From Myxococcota bacterium (lineage in GTDB: Bacteria > Myxococcota_A > UBA9042 > PHBI01 > JAWLBL01), in NCBI GenBank assembly GCA_041687695.1, contig JAWLBL010000039.1, positions 1 to 59,386 on the forward strand: a DNA stretch of 59,386 nt. Reading direction: 5' to 3'. Positions 49,980-59,215 of this stretch are shown here, in pieces; positions within the stretch are counted from its first letter, which is position 1, and the number at the start of each line of letters is the position of its first letter. The position numbers and the translations under genes were made by a program. The notes beneath the pieces are model-generated. The model had not been told where the DNA came from. It ran no database searches and saw nothing but the letters and a program-made list of their open reading frames with translations.

Positions 49980-52133
49980 TCACCCGGCGGGGGCGGGGCG
50001 GAGCGGGACGCGGTGGTGACCGTCGGTGAGGGCCGGCGGGCTGACGGGGAGGCGGCCCTTGGGGCCGAACAGGCCCAGATAGACCTGCAGGGCGTCGGCG
50101 CGCGCGGTCGCCGGGAGGTCGAATCGGACGGTGTCGCGGACCAGCTCGCGCGGGCGCCAGCGCTGGGGCGGGTGCAGGCCGTGGGTCAGCGGGTGGTCGG
50201 CCAGGGCGACACGGCGGCCGCGGGCGTCGTGGACGTGGACGAAGACGTCTGGGGCCTCGTTGGTGGGCCGGTCGACGGACCAGTAGCAGGTCAGCTCGTA
50301 GCGGGTGGGCGGGTCGGCGAGCTGCGTGAGCGGCTCGCAGCCGTGCAGGGCGAAGGGGCCGAGGCGCGCCGGGCCGCCGCTCAGGGCCGGGGGAGCCGCC
50401 GGGACGGTCAGAGGGCGGGCGCCGTCGAGCAGGCGCTCGAGGTGGGCCAGGCGGGACAGCACCGCGCCGCCGACCGACTCGCCGTACAGGGTCGCGACCA
50501 GGAAGGCGCTGGGCAGGCGATCGGCGGCGCGGCGGTAGCGGGCCAGGACCTGCTCGGGCGTGGGCGGGGCGGTGTCGCGCAGCAGCAGGCGGCGCGGAGC
50601 GCTGCGGGGGCCCTGGGTGACCAGGTAGGGGGCCAGCGCGGAGCCGGCGCGGCCGAAGTCGGCGGCCCACTCGTAGGGGTGCAGGGCGACCGGGCGCCGG
50701 GCGAGCGCTACGGCGATGAGGGCGTCGCTGGCGCGGTGGCTCTGTCGCCAGGTGCTGTCGGCGGCGGCGGCGGGCGTGAACAGGCCCAGGGTGTCGAAGA
50801 CGCGCGCCGGGGCCAGCCAGCCGATGCGGCCGATGTCGCGGCCGACGTACCAGCTGTCCTCGAGCGGGTCGGCCGAGGCCTCGAGCAGGTCGAACAGGTC
50901 CTCGATCATGCCCATGCGGCCCTGCCTCATGGCGGCGACGTGCTGGGGCGGGACGCCGCGCAGCGAGTCCCAGGCGTCGGCCAGCCGCTGGATGGTCTTG
51001 GGGCGGCGCCACTCGACGCCGCGGCCGTGGGTGCGGTGGTCGTAGATGGAGTAGCGGGCGTCGAGGCGGGCCAGCTGCACGCTGGTCGCGGCCAGCAGGA
51101 CCAGGGCGGCGGCGACGGAGGCGACACGCGCCGCTCGGTGCGGCAGGCCGGCGAGTCGGCCGACGCCCCAGCCCCAGCCGAGCGAGGCGGCGACCCACAG
51201 CGGCAGGGCGTGGCGCTGGTTGGGCATCCAGTCGACGTGGGCGGTGGCGACGAAGAAGAGGTTGGTGAGGGCGAGGGCCAGCGGGACGAAGCGGCGGCGG
51301 GCGGCCAGGGCGACCAGGAAGGCGAGGCCGAGGGCCAGGAAGGCGACCTCGAGCGGGCCGGCGCCCTGGGAGACCAGCGGGGCCAGGTTGGACAGCGAGG
51401 TGCCGTCGCCGGGCTTGGCGGCGAAGGTGTGGGGGAACCAGGCGCCGTAGTACAGGCGGCGAGCGAGCAGCAGGCCGGCGGCGACGGCGGCGACCGGGAG
51501 GGCGACAGGCAGGGTCTGGCGGAGGCGGGCCAGCGGTTGGGGGCGCTCGAGCAGGGCGGCCAGGGCGAGCGTCAGGACGTACAGGGGCGCCTCGGGGCGG
51601 GTGGTCGCCAGGGCCAGGGTGAGGGCGCCGAGGACAAGCCCGCTGCGGCGGCTGGGCGCGTCGAACCAGGCGTGGAGCGCCCAGGCGTAAGCGACCAGCA
51701 GCGCCAGGAACGAGGGGGTCTCGAGGCCTTGCAGGGCCCAGAAGGCGACGTAGCTGTTGGCGGCGAGCAGCAGGAGCGGGACGACCGCCAGGGCCGGGGT
51801 CAGGCGCAGGGCGCGGCGGGCGTAGGCGAAGCAGGCGGCGAAGAGGCCGGCCATGCTGACGAGGCCCAGGCCCTTGGTGAAGGTCACGCCGTCGGCGCCG
51901 AGGGTGAGGCCGAGCGCCTGCAGTAACACCCACAGCGGGTTCGAGAAGCCCTCGACGCGCTCGCCTGGGTTGTAGACCAGGCCGTGGCCCTGGGTGAGGT
52001 GCTCGGCGTAGCGCAGCGAGATGTACATGTCGTCCACGGTGCGCGGGGCGTAGTAGACGAGGTGGGCGAGGGTCGCGAGGGCGGCGAGGGCGAGCAGGGC
52101 GGGGGCGAGGCGGGGGCGGGCGAGGTGAGGCAT
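49980..52133 (-). CDS. GT-C-type membrane glycosyltransferase-like protein
   Basis: DDMYISLRYA..GHGLVYNPGERVEGFSNPLW, GLETP, TRPEA, FPHTFAAK; C-terminal Ig-like domain (VFVH..DH..W). Confidence 0.78.
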   Translation of the reverse strand: MPHLARPRLAPALLALAALATLAHLVYYAPRTVDDMYISLRYAEHLTQGHGLVYNPGERVEGFSNPLWVLLQALGLTLGADGVTFTKGLGLVSMAGLFAACFAYARRALRLTPALAVVPLLLLAANSYVAFWALQGLETPSFLALLVAYAWALHAWFDAPSRRSGLVLGALTLALATTRPEAPLYVLTLALAALLERPQPLARLRQTLPVALPVAAVAAGLLLARRLYYGAWFPHTFAAKPGDGTSLSNLAPLVSQGAGPLEVAFLALGLAFLVALAARRRFVPLALALTNLFFVATAHVDWMPNQRHALPLWVAASLGWGWGVGRLAGLPHRAARVASVAAALVLLAATSVQLARLDARYSIYDHRTHGRGVEWRRPKTIQRLADAWDSLRGVPPQHVAAMRQGRMGMIEDLFDLLEASADPLEDSWYVGRDIGRIGWLAPARVFDTLGLFTPAAAADSTWRQSHRASDALIAVALARRPVALHPYEWAADFGRAGSALAPYLVTQGPRSAPRRLLLRDTAPPTPEQVLARYRRAADRLPSAFLVATLYGESVGGAVLSRLAHLERLLDGARPLTVPAAPPALSGGPARLGPFALHGCEPLTQLADPPTRYELTCYWSVDRPTNEAPDVFVHVHDARGRRVALADHPLTHGLHPPQRWRPRELVRDTVRFDLPATARADALQVYLGLFGPKGRLPVSPPALTDGHHRVPLRPAPAG

Positions 52134-52260
52134 GCCCGGCGCGATTGCAAGGTGAGGGCCAGCGGGCGGAGCCGCGTCCGCGCTGGGGGCGCAGGCCTAC
52201 TGCGTGTGGAATCCGTGCCCGGCGGGTGGAGGTGCGTCAACCAGGTTGACGGTGGGCGGC

Positions 52261-52309
52261 CGGACTGCACGAGCTTGCTCGTGCTCGTGGTCGCGTAGCT
52301 CGCTACGCG
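52261..52309 (+). repeat. Single CGGACT double-hairpin REP-like element
   Basis: cggact-gcacgagc-tt-gctcgtgc-tcgtggtc-gcgtagc-tc-gctacgc. Confidence 0.75.
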
Positions 52310-52339
52310 GGGGCCTCGCAGGAAGAGGGCGCCCAAGCG

Positions 52340-53215
52340 TCAGGGCGCGGGGTCGGCGGGGGCAGTCAGGGCGCTGCCGAGGGAGGCGGCGATGACGCAG
52401 GCGATGGCGAGCCATTGGGTGGACGCCAGGTGCTCGCCGAGGAAGGCGAGGCCGGAGAGGGCGGCGATGGCGGGCTCGAGGCTCATCAGGACGCCGAAGG
52501 ACTGAGCGGGGAGGCGGCGCAGGGCGAGCATCTCGAGGGAGTAGGGGAGCGCGCTGGAGAGGACGCCGACCGCGAGGCCGAGGGGGAGCAGGGCCGGGGC
52601 GAGGAGCGACGCGCCGGCGTGGGCTAGGCCGACCGGCAGGGTGACGAGGGCGGCGACGACCATGCCGAGGGCGGCGGCGGTGGGGCCGGGGACCGAGGCG
52701 CCGGCCTTTTGGCCGAAGAGGATGTAGGCGGCCCAGAAGGCGCCGGCGGCCAGGGCGAAGGCGGCGCCGAGGGGGTCGACGGCGCGCGAGGCGAGGTCGT
52801 CGCCGATGGGCAGGATGAGCAGCAGGCCGACCACGGCGAGCAGCGCCCACAGGAGATCGGCGCGGCGGCGCGAGGCGAAGACGGCGATGGCCAGGGGGCC
52901 GGTCAGCTCGAGGGCGACGGCGAGGCCCAGCGGGATGCGGTCGATGGCGAAGTAGAAGGACAGGTTCATGGCGCCGAGGGAGGCGCCGTAGACGGCGATG
53001 GTGCGCCACTGCGGGGCGGTCAGGCGGGCGCGCCAGGGGCGGAAGAGGGCGCAGACGACCAGGGCGGCGAGGGCGAGGCGCAGGGTGGTCGCGCCGGCGG
53101 CGCCGACGGCCGGGAAGAGCTGCTTGGCGAGCGAGGCGCCGCTCTGGATGGAGACCATCGCGACCAGGACGGCGGCGAGGGCGCCCGCGCGGCCGGAGCC
53201 CACGGGGGCGCTCAA
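52340..53215 (-). CDS. rhtA: EamA/DMT transporter, RhtA-like threonine/homoserine exporter
   Basis: SIQSGASLAKQLFP, MNLSFYFAIDRIPLGLAVALELTGPL, SSALPYSLEM, MSLEPA; start uncertain. Confidence 0.85.
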   Translation of the reverse strand: MSAPVGSGRAGALAAVLVAMVSIQSGASLAKQLFPAVGAAGATTLRLALAALVVCALFRPWRARLTAPQWRTIAVYGASLGAMNLSFYFAIDRIPLGLAVALELTGPLAIAVFASRRRADLLWALLAVVGLLLILPIGDDLASRAVDPLGAAFALAAGAFWAAYILFGQKAGASVPGPTAAALGMVVAALVTLPVGLAHAGASLLAPALLPLGLAVGVLSSALPYSLEMLALRRLPAQSFGVLMSLEPAIAALSGLAFLGEHLASTQWLAIACVIAASLGSALTAPADPAP

Positions 53216-53516
53216 GGCGCGCGGCGGGGGGCGAGGCAGGGCGGGGCGGGGCGCGGCGGCTTCATCGGGCGGCCTCGGGGCGGCGGTGCGCGCGAGGCAT
53301 AGCCCAGCGGACGGCCCGGGTCCAGCGCGCTGCCCCACCCGGGGCTTCGGCCCGCGGGGGGGGGGGGGGGGATGGCGAGCACTGACGCCGACCGTCGACG
53401 ATCGACGAGGCGGCGAGAACGCTTGCTCCGAGAAGCGCCAGAAGCCATGGCTGCGCCACGGGTGGAGACAGGGCCGGGCGGGGCGCAGGTGCGGGGACCT
53501 CGCCTCGACGAACCAG

Positions 53517-53585
53517 AGGTGTCAGGGTTCCCCATTTCCCACTTTGCGCCACAGAGAATATGGGAATTGGGGAACCCTGACACCT
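53517..53585. repeat. Inverted-repeat element with GTGTCAGGGTTC ends
   Basis: Arms aggtgtcagggttccccatttccca / tgggaattggggaaccctgacacct match at 24 of 25 positions. Confidence 0.85.
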
Positions 53586-53606
53586 ACATCCCGACGCCAC
53601 CGACCC

Positions 53607-54005
53607 TCACAGCCCCATGATGTCATCCTTGAGCGACCACGAGATGGCGAGGACATCCTTCTTGACATCATCCCCGAGGCCGTGGCGCCCGAGCACCGCG
53701 AGGATGTCGTCGACCGCCGCCACGAACTCGGCGGCGCTGATGTTCATGCCGCGGTGGGTCTCCGGCATGGTGCGGCCCGCGTACGTCTGCGGGCCGCCGC
53801 TGCCGGCGCAGAGGAACGCGCACAGGTGCCCCTTGATCGCGCCGAGGCGCTCCGGCTCCGCGGCGTACGGCAGGAAGCGGGCCTTGATGATCGCGTTGCC
53901 CATGTGCGCCTCGACGATATCGTCGACCAGCATCGTAATCGCCTCACTGCCTCCGAGGCGCTGATAGAGGGAGCTCGTGTGGTGTGGGGCGGCTGCGGTT
54001 TCCAT
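53607..54005 (-). CDS. Group I truncated hemoglobin (trHbN-like)
   Basis: SLYQRLGG, FLCAGSGGPQTYAGRTM..THRGMNIS..EF. Confidence 0.9.
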   Translation of the reverse strand: METAAAPHHTSSLYQRLGGSEAITMLVDDIVEAHMGNAIIKARFLPYAAEPERLGAIKGHLCAFLCAGSGGPQTYAGRTMPETHRGMNISAAEFVAAVDDILAVLGRHGLGDDVKKDVLAISWSLKDDIMGL

Positions 54006-54033
54006 GGAAATCTCCTGGGGTCGAGCGGATGAA

Positions 54034-54049
54034 CAGACCGGTCGGTCTA
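54034..54049. promoter_or_regulatory. NemR-type TetR operator upstream of the globin
   Basis: CAGACC-ggtc-GGTCTA, matching TAGACC-N4-GGTCTA. Confidence 0.75.
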
Positions 54050-54075
54050 GCTCTGGGACAAAAAAAAGGAACCAG

Positions 54076-54666
54076 CTACCTGTCTCCGCGTCCGCTCTCG
54101 GCGGCGCCGAAGTAGAAGTCGAGCATCGCCTGGAGTGGAGCCGGATCCCTGCGGAGGCGGGTCCGCAGGGCGGCCCCCTCCCAGCAGTCGATGAGGAGCT
54201 CGGCCAGCCGCTGGGGATCCGGACCCGGCGGCAGCTCGCCGCGCTCCTGGGCGAGCGCCAGGCAGCGGGCGACGCGCTGCCCGATTTGATCGAGGCACCA
54301 GTCGATCTTCTTGCGAAACACCTCGCTCGCCCCGGACAGCTCCTGGCCCACGCCTCCGAGCAGGCAGCCGAGGTAGCCCTCGCCCCGGTACTTCTCACGG
54401 GTCGCCTCGAAGAAGTTTCGGACGCGCTGGAGGGGCGGGCAGCCCTCGTCTCCGAGGCACGCATCGAGCCCGGCGTGGACCTCGACCATGTAGGCGTCGA
54501 TGACCTGCAGGGCGAAGTCCTCCTTGCTCGCGAAGTGGTGATAGAACGAGCCCTTCGGCACGCCGGTAGCGTCGAGCAGCGCTTGGATGCCTAAATCGCT
54601 GTAGCCGCGCTCGAGCAGCATCTTGAGCCCGGCGTCGAGCAGGCGCTGTTTGGTGGCGTGAGTCAT
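54076..54666 (-). CDS. TetR-family repressor, NemR-like
   Basis: GVPKGSFYHHFASKEDF, GCLLG..GQELS, WEGAALR. Confidence 0.9.
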   Translation of the reverse strand: MTHATKQRLLDAGLKMLLERGYSDLGIQALLDATGVPKGSFYHHFASKEDFALQVIDAYMVEVHAGLDACLGDEGCPPLQRVRNFFEATREKYRGEGYLGCLLGGVGQELSGASEVFRKKIDWCLDQIGQRVARCLALAQERGELPPGPDPQRLAELLIDCWEGAALRTRLRRDPAPLQAMLDFYFGAAESGRGDR

Positions 54667-54679
54667 GGGCGTGGAGGAT

Positions 54680-54695
54680 TGGACCGTTCGGTCTA
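54680..54695. promoter_or_regulatory. NemR-type operator, autoregulatory
   Basis: TGGACC-gttc-GGTCTA, 13 nt upstream of the TetR start. Confidence 0.7.
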
Positions 54696-55043
54696 GAGGC
54701 ACCATGACAGGACGCCTGGCCCGGGTCAAGGCGCTGGTCGCGCCAGACCCTTCGACCCCGATCCTCAGGCGGTCGCACCGCAGACCGCCGGGGCGCACGC
54801 CGGGAACTCGAAGTGGAGGCGGCACGCGCCCTCGCTGCACGCGAGTAAGCACGGCTCGCCCAGCCTGGAAACACCGAGGTCAAGCCTAGGAGGCTGTAGT
54901 GGCTGTAGTGAATGAGCTGATTCGCCGGCTCCGGCCGATCACGGCCCGGGTCCAGCGCGCTGACCCCGCTGGCCGGGTGCCTACAGGTTGCGGTCGGGGA
55001 GTCGCCGTCGCGCGAAGCGACGACAGAGCGCGGAGGGGGAGCG

Positions 55044-55952
55044 ATGCGCGTCCACCACATCAACTGCATCTCGACCTGCCCCATCGGCGGCAAGCTGATG
55101 GACGGCGAGTCCGCGCGCGCGATCCGCGGCCACCTAGCGTGCCACTGCCTGCTGGTCGAGGCGGGCGACCAGCTGGTCCTGGTCGACACCGGCTTCGGGC
55201 TGCGGGACGTGCACGACCCGTACAGCCGCCTGAGCCGCTTCTTCATGGCGCTGCTGAGCCCACGCTTTCGCGAGGACATGACCGCCATCCGGTCCATCCA
55301 GCGCCTGGGGTTCGACCCGCGCGACGTGCGGCACATCGTGCTGACGCACCTGGACTTCGACCACGCGGGGGGCCTGGACGACTTCCCGTGGGCGACGGTG
55401 CACCTGATGGCCGACGAGCGCGAGGCCGCCTTCGCGCAGCGCACGCTGCTGGACCGCATGCGCTATCGGCCGCAGCAGTGGTCGACCCGCAACAGCTGGC
55501 GCGTCTACGCGAGCGACTCGGGCGAGCCCTGGTACGGCTTCGACGCGGTGAGGGATCTCGTGGGCCTGCCGCCCGACCTCCTGATGGTCCCGCTGGTCGG
55601 CCACACGCTGGGGCACGCGGGCGTGGCCGTGCGGACCGGGCCGGGCTGGAAGCTGCTGGCCGGCGACGCCTACTTCTGGCACGCCGAGCTGCACCCGACG
55701 CGCCCGCGGTGCACGCCTGGCCTGAAACTCTACCAGTGGATGATGGACAAGGATCGGCCGTGCCGCCTGTGGAACCAGCGGCGCCTGCGCGAGCTGCGCC
55801 GGGACCACGCGGACGAGGTCCTGGTCTTCAGCTCGCACGACCCGCGCGAGTTCGAGTGGCTGGCGCGCCGCGCCCTGATGGAGCCGGTGCCGCCGGTCCG
55901 CACCCTGCGCCCCCGGCCGCCGAGCTTCGAGCCGACACCGCAGTGGGTCTAG
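55044..55952 (+). CDS. Metallo-beta-lactamase-fold hydrolase
   Basis: LVDTGFG, THLDFDHAGG, GHTLGH, AGDAY, SHD. Confidence 0.92.
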   Translation: MRVHHINCISTCPIGGKLMDGESARAIRGHLACHCLLVEAGDQLVLVDTGFGLRDVHDPYSRLSRFFMALLSPRFREDMTAIRSIQRLGFDPRDVRHIVLTHLDFDHAGGLDDFPWATVHLMADEREAAFAQRTLLDRMRYRPQQWSTRNSWRVYASDSGEPWYGFDAVRDLVGLPPDLLMVPLVGHTLGHAGVAVRTGPGWKLLAGDAYFWHAELHPTRPRCTPGLKLYQWMMDKDRPCRLWNQRRLRELRRDHADEVLVFSSHDPREFEWLARRALMEPVPPVRTLRPRPPSFEPTPQWV

Positions 55953-56053
55953 CCCACGACCGCCCGAGGGGGCGGCCGGCGCTCGTGCTGGGCACGGCGC
56001 TCGCCGCCAACCTCCAAGCGGCGCCAACGACCGCCGGGGCCGTCTGGCCTCCC

Positions 56054-56204
56054 CGGTTGCCCAAGCGCCCCTGTGGAGTGCCCCCGCTCGCGCGGGCTCG
56101 CTGGATCGCCCCGCTCGCGGCGCCATGCCCGCCGCGGTTGCCCAAGCGCCCCCGTGGAGTGCCCGCGCTCGCGCGGGCTCGCTGGATCGCGCCGCTCGCG
56201 GCGC
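56054..56204 (+). repeat. Two tandem 81-bp units with a GGAGT double-hairpin REP
   Basis: cggttgcccaagcgcccc at 56054 and 56135; tggagt-gcccgcgc-tc-gcgcgggc-tc. Confidence 0.85.
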
Positions 56205-56369
56205 TCTGCCCTCGAACGGACCTCGACGCGAGGTCTCGGCCGTCCGCGCCTCATCCGCCGAGACCTGACCCCTGGTGCGGTATCTGGACCCTTGGTGCAA
56301 TATCTGCGCGTTGCAGGATGTGCCCGGACTCGCTATCCTCTTCGGCCATCTCAAACCGAAGGTTCGTCC

Positions 56370-56918
56370 ATGCGCATGATGCTGTTCGCCGCCCTGTGGC
56401 CGATCGTCCTGCACGGCTGTGACAGTCCGCCGGCCTCAGAACCGTCCATGGTCTTCAAGATGCGCGGCCCGCAGCGGATCGACATCCCCGCCCTCGACTT
56501 CGTCACCCGCCAGACCTTCACCCCCTCGAAGACCTTCTGGCAAAAGCCCGCGCCGGTCCGACTGGGCCTGTTCTGGCCTGATACCGTCGAAGTGACGGAG
56601 CTGGGTCCACTGATCACGGCCCAGACCTTCGCCGAGGTCATGGACGCGATGGCTCTGCGGGGCGGCGTCACTTTCGAGATCGCCGAAGGCGAGGTGTTCG
56701 CGGCCCTCGGCGGCTGGAAGCGGCTGGACTCGGATGACTGGTACGGCACCGCGACCCTCTTCCTCTACCTCGACCTCGACGGGTCCGAGACCGTCGCGCT
56801 CACCCGATTGGGCGAGGGAGACTACGCCGGCGGCCTGCTGGGCGAGCCCGTCATCGGCATCGCCGAGTCCCACCCCCTGATTCTGACCTCCACGGGTTGG
56901 ACCTTCCGCAGGGCATAG
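56370..56918 (+). CDS. Hypothetical lipoprotein, possibly frameshifted near the 3' end
   Basis: MRMMLFAALWPIVLHGC lipobox-like start; LYLDLDGS motif. Confidence 0.55.
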   Translation: MRMMLFAALWPIVLHGCDSPPASEPSMVFKMRGPQRIDIPALDFVTRQTFTPSKTFWQKPAPVRLGLFWPDTVEVTELGPLITAQTFAEVMDAMALRGGVTFEIAEGEVFAALGGWKRLDSDDWYGTATLFLYLDLDGSETVALTRLGEGDYAGGLLGEPVIGIAESHPLILTSTGWTFRRA

Positions 56919-57177
56919 CGGATGCGGAAGAACTTCGTGGTGGTGGTCGGGAACTGACCATCCAGGGCGTTGCCGGCCGGGATCACGTGCTCGCCGACGG
57001 CGGTCCCGTGAGGTAGGGGGAGCGATCAGAATAACCTGCCCACCTCGCCGGCGGATCCACCGCACTGGACACGCCGGCCAAAGCTCGGAGTATCCAGATA
57101 CACCTTCGCTTCGGCCGGCGCGCCCAGCACGGCGCCTCCTTGGCGATCTGAACAGTTTATTCTGAACGCGCCCCTAG

Positions 57178-57383
57178 GTGTCAGGGTTCGTCACTTTCCA
57201 TTTTTCCCCCGGACCCAAACATGAACGGTGATGAACCCTGACACTTGGACTTTGAAGAGGAGTCTGCCCGGAGCTGATGAGGACGGCCGGTCATCGGCGC
57301 TTCACGCTACCGGGAGCGCTTCGGACAGACCCCGCCCTTCCAATGCTCTGTGCTCGAAAATGGGAAATGGGGAACCCTGACAC
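57178..57383. repeat. GTGTCAGGGTTC-family inverted repeat (57178-57244) plus a lone arm (57361-57383)
   Basis: gtgtcagggttcgtcac...gtgatgaaccctgacac; tgggaaatggggaaccctgacac. Confidence 0.85.
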
Positions 57384-57659
57384 GTGTCGTCTTGTGTGAG
57401 CCCAGCGGCGCGAGGGGCGTGATGGGGAAGTGGTGCAATCTGTTGCAACGGTCGCGACACGACGGGGCGGGCACGGGGGGACCGCCCGTACGGCGGCGGA
57501 GGCGATCGCGGCGCGCGGAGGAGCGGGACGACGGTACCGGGCGATGGCCGACGGGGGACGTGTGTTGGCGCGAGACTTGCTACTCCGTGGCCATGCTCAT
57601 CGGGCGCTCACCGCCGGTCAGGCGCCGGGCGCTGCCGCACCTTCATCGCCGAGGGCTTC

Positions 57660-58043
57660 ATGTCGAGTTCGCAAATCCTGTTCGCAATGCTTCTGGTTGT
57701 GGTCGTCGTCCTGGGGCTCCGGAGCTCACGGGCCCAGAGCGCGGACGCCGTCAGCGGCGACAGCGCGCGCGTTCTCGTCGACGATGGCGCGCTGCTGCTC
57801 GACGTCCGGACGCCCGCGGAGTTCGCAGCGGGTCACATCGACGGGGCGGTCAACCTGCCGGTCGATGCGTTGCTCGCGGGCGCAGCCATCCCGGCCGCCG
57901 ACGGGCAGTCTATCGTAGTGTACTGTCGGAGCGGCCAGCGCAGCGCCATCGCCGCGTCGAGACTTCGAGAGCGTGGCTATACGAGCGTGTACGACCTCGG
58001 CCCCATGTCGGCGTGGGCGCCGCGGACGGCGACGGCGCGGTAG
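57660..58043 (+). CDS. Membrane-anchored rhodanese-domain protein
   Basis: N-terminal TM; LLDVRTPAEFAAGHIDGAVNLP, VYCRSGQRS. Confidence 0.9.
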   Translation: MSSSQILFAMLLVVVVVLGLRSSRAQSADAVSGDSARVLVDDGALLLDVRTPAEFAAGHIDGAVNLPVDALLAGAAIPAADGQSIVVYCRSGQRSAIAASRLRERGYTSVYDLGPMSAWAPRTATAR

Positions 58044-58253
58044 CCCCCACGTAACGGCGGCCTCCGAAACCCGACCCTCGGTGCGGTATCTCTGCTGCAT
58101 GGGATGAGCCGCTCGCGGTGGCGGGCTCGGAGGGTGGAGAGACCGGATGCGAACTCGACGTCCTGGTGGGCTCGCCGACGATGGCGGCTGTGGAGAAGAC
58201 GACCGGGTGGGGCCTGCCCCTCGAGCCGACGCCGCATCGACGGCCGGCGACGA

Positions 58254-58463
58254 TCACCTCAGGGCCGCGCTCCAATCCTCGAGGAAGTCCCAGACCGCGA
58301 CGACGCGCGGCGTGTGGCGGCTGGCGGCGTGGCCCACCAGGTAGACCACCTGGGGCTCGGGCGCGGGGTGGGGGGTGGGCACGCGCACCAGGTCGGGCGA
58401 CTGGTGGCCGATGACGTCAGCGATGACGCCCACCCCCAAGCCCTGGCGGAGCGCGGCGGCCTC
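58254..58463 (-). pseudogene. C-terminal remnant of a LysR-type regulator
   Basis: AAALRQGLGVGVI..LVRV..VYLVGHAASRHTPRVVAVWDFL; no HTH; the similarity starts at the inverted-repeat edge. Confidence 0.7.
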
Positions 58464-58559
58464 AGGGGTCAAGTCCCAACTTACAAACAACTTGAAGGTG
58501 GACGGGTACTTCGAGCGAGGCGGACGATAGCAATGTATGTAAGTTGGGACTTGACCCCT
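58464..58559. repeat. 96-bp inverted-repeat element with GGGGTCAAGTC ends
   Basis: aggggtcaagtcccaacttacaaaca / tgtatgtaagttgggacttgacccct match at 25 of 26 positions. Confidence 0.9.
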
Positions 58560-58560
58560 C

Positions 58561-58704
58561 GGCCTTCGCAGGCAGAACGACGCCATCCGCGCCTACCTCA
58601 GCAGCCGCCGCAACGTCGTCGACGTCAACCCCTCCACCGGCGAGGAGCTCACCGACGAGCCCCCGGTCGCGCCGACCGCGCCCGTCCCCGATCCGGTCGC
58701 CTGA
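58561..58704 (+). pseudogene. Start-less 3' remnant of an unknown gene
   Basis: GLRRQNDAIRAYLSSRRNVVDVNPSTGEELTDEPP..VA* with strong GC3 bias; an in-frame TGA at 58552 precedes it. Confidence 0.5.
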
Positions 58705-58749
58705 CCCCCAAGTCTCCGCGTCCCCCGACGCGAGGACACGTCGCTTCCT

Positions 58750-59215
58750 GGAGGGGGTTCGACCCCCTCCAGGCCGACCTCGCATCCCCTCCGAGGGGGT
58801 TGGACCCCCTCCAGGCCGACCTCGCATCCCCTCCGAGGGCGTTCGACCCCCTCCCCACCCGACCTTGAGTCGCCTTTGAGGGGGTTCGACCCCCTCACGA
58901 GCTGACCTCGCATCCCCTTCGCAGAGGTTCGACCCCCTCCCCACCCGACCTCGCATCCCCGCCCGTCCTCCATTCGCCGACCACGATCGACCCGGCATCC
59001 CCCGAGCACCAGGTCCGACCCCCTCACCTGCCGACCTCGCATCGCCTTCAAAGCCGTCCGACCCCCTCCACGCCCGACCTCAGGTCGCTCGAGTCGAGGT
59101 CCGACCCCCTCCTGACCCGACCTCACATCACCCCACGCCCGCCCCCGCGCCCTCCTCGTCCGACCTCCCATCGCCCCATGCCCGGCCCCGCGCCCTCCTC
59201 GCCCGACCTCGCATC
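58750..59215 (+). repeat. Degenerating tandem array of 42-43-bp hairpin units (about 10 copies)
   Basis: gacccc cores at 58761, 58803, 58845, 58888, 58931, 59017, 59060 and 59103; hairpin gaggggg-ttcga-ccccctc. Confidence 0.88.

Noticed and set aside
53356..53371. G16 homopolymer as a phase-variation switch for the rhtA-like gene
   Set aside because: It is intergenic, not tied to an identifiable promoter, and could be a sequencing artefact; read data are needed.
55044..55952. True beta-lactamase resistance gene
   Set aside because: No signal peptide; it is a generic HxDxDH MBL-fold hydrolase of unknown substrate.
57270..57365. Hammerhead ribozyme (CTGATGA ... GAAA)
   Set aside because: Stem II does not pair between the core motifs, and stems I and III could not be built.
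57433..57446. TGCAA-N4-TTGCA palindrome as a rhodanese operator
   Set aside because: It is over 200 nt from the start, no cognate regulator is evident, and it may be repeat debris.
58750..59215. CRISPR array (also considered for the 147-bp and 235-bp arrays)
   Set aside because: Whole units repeat with no unique spacers, and there are no cas genes.
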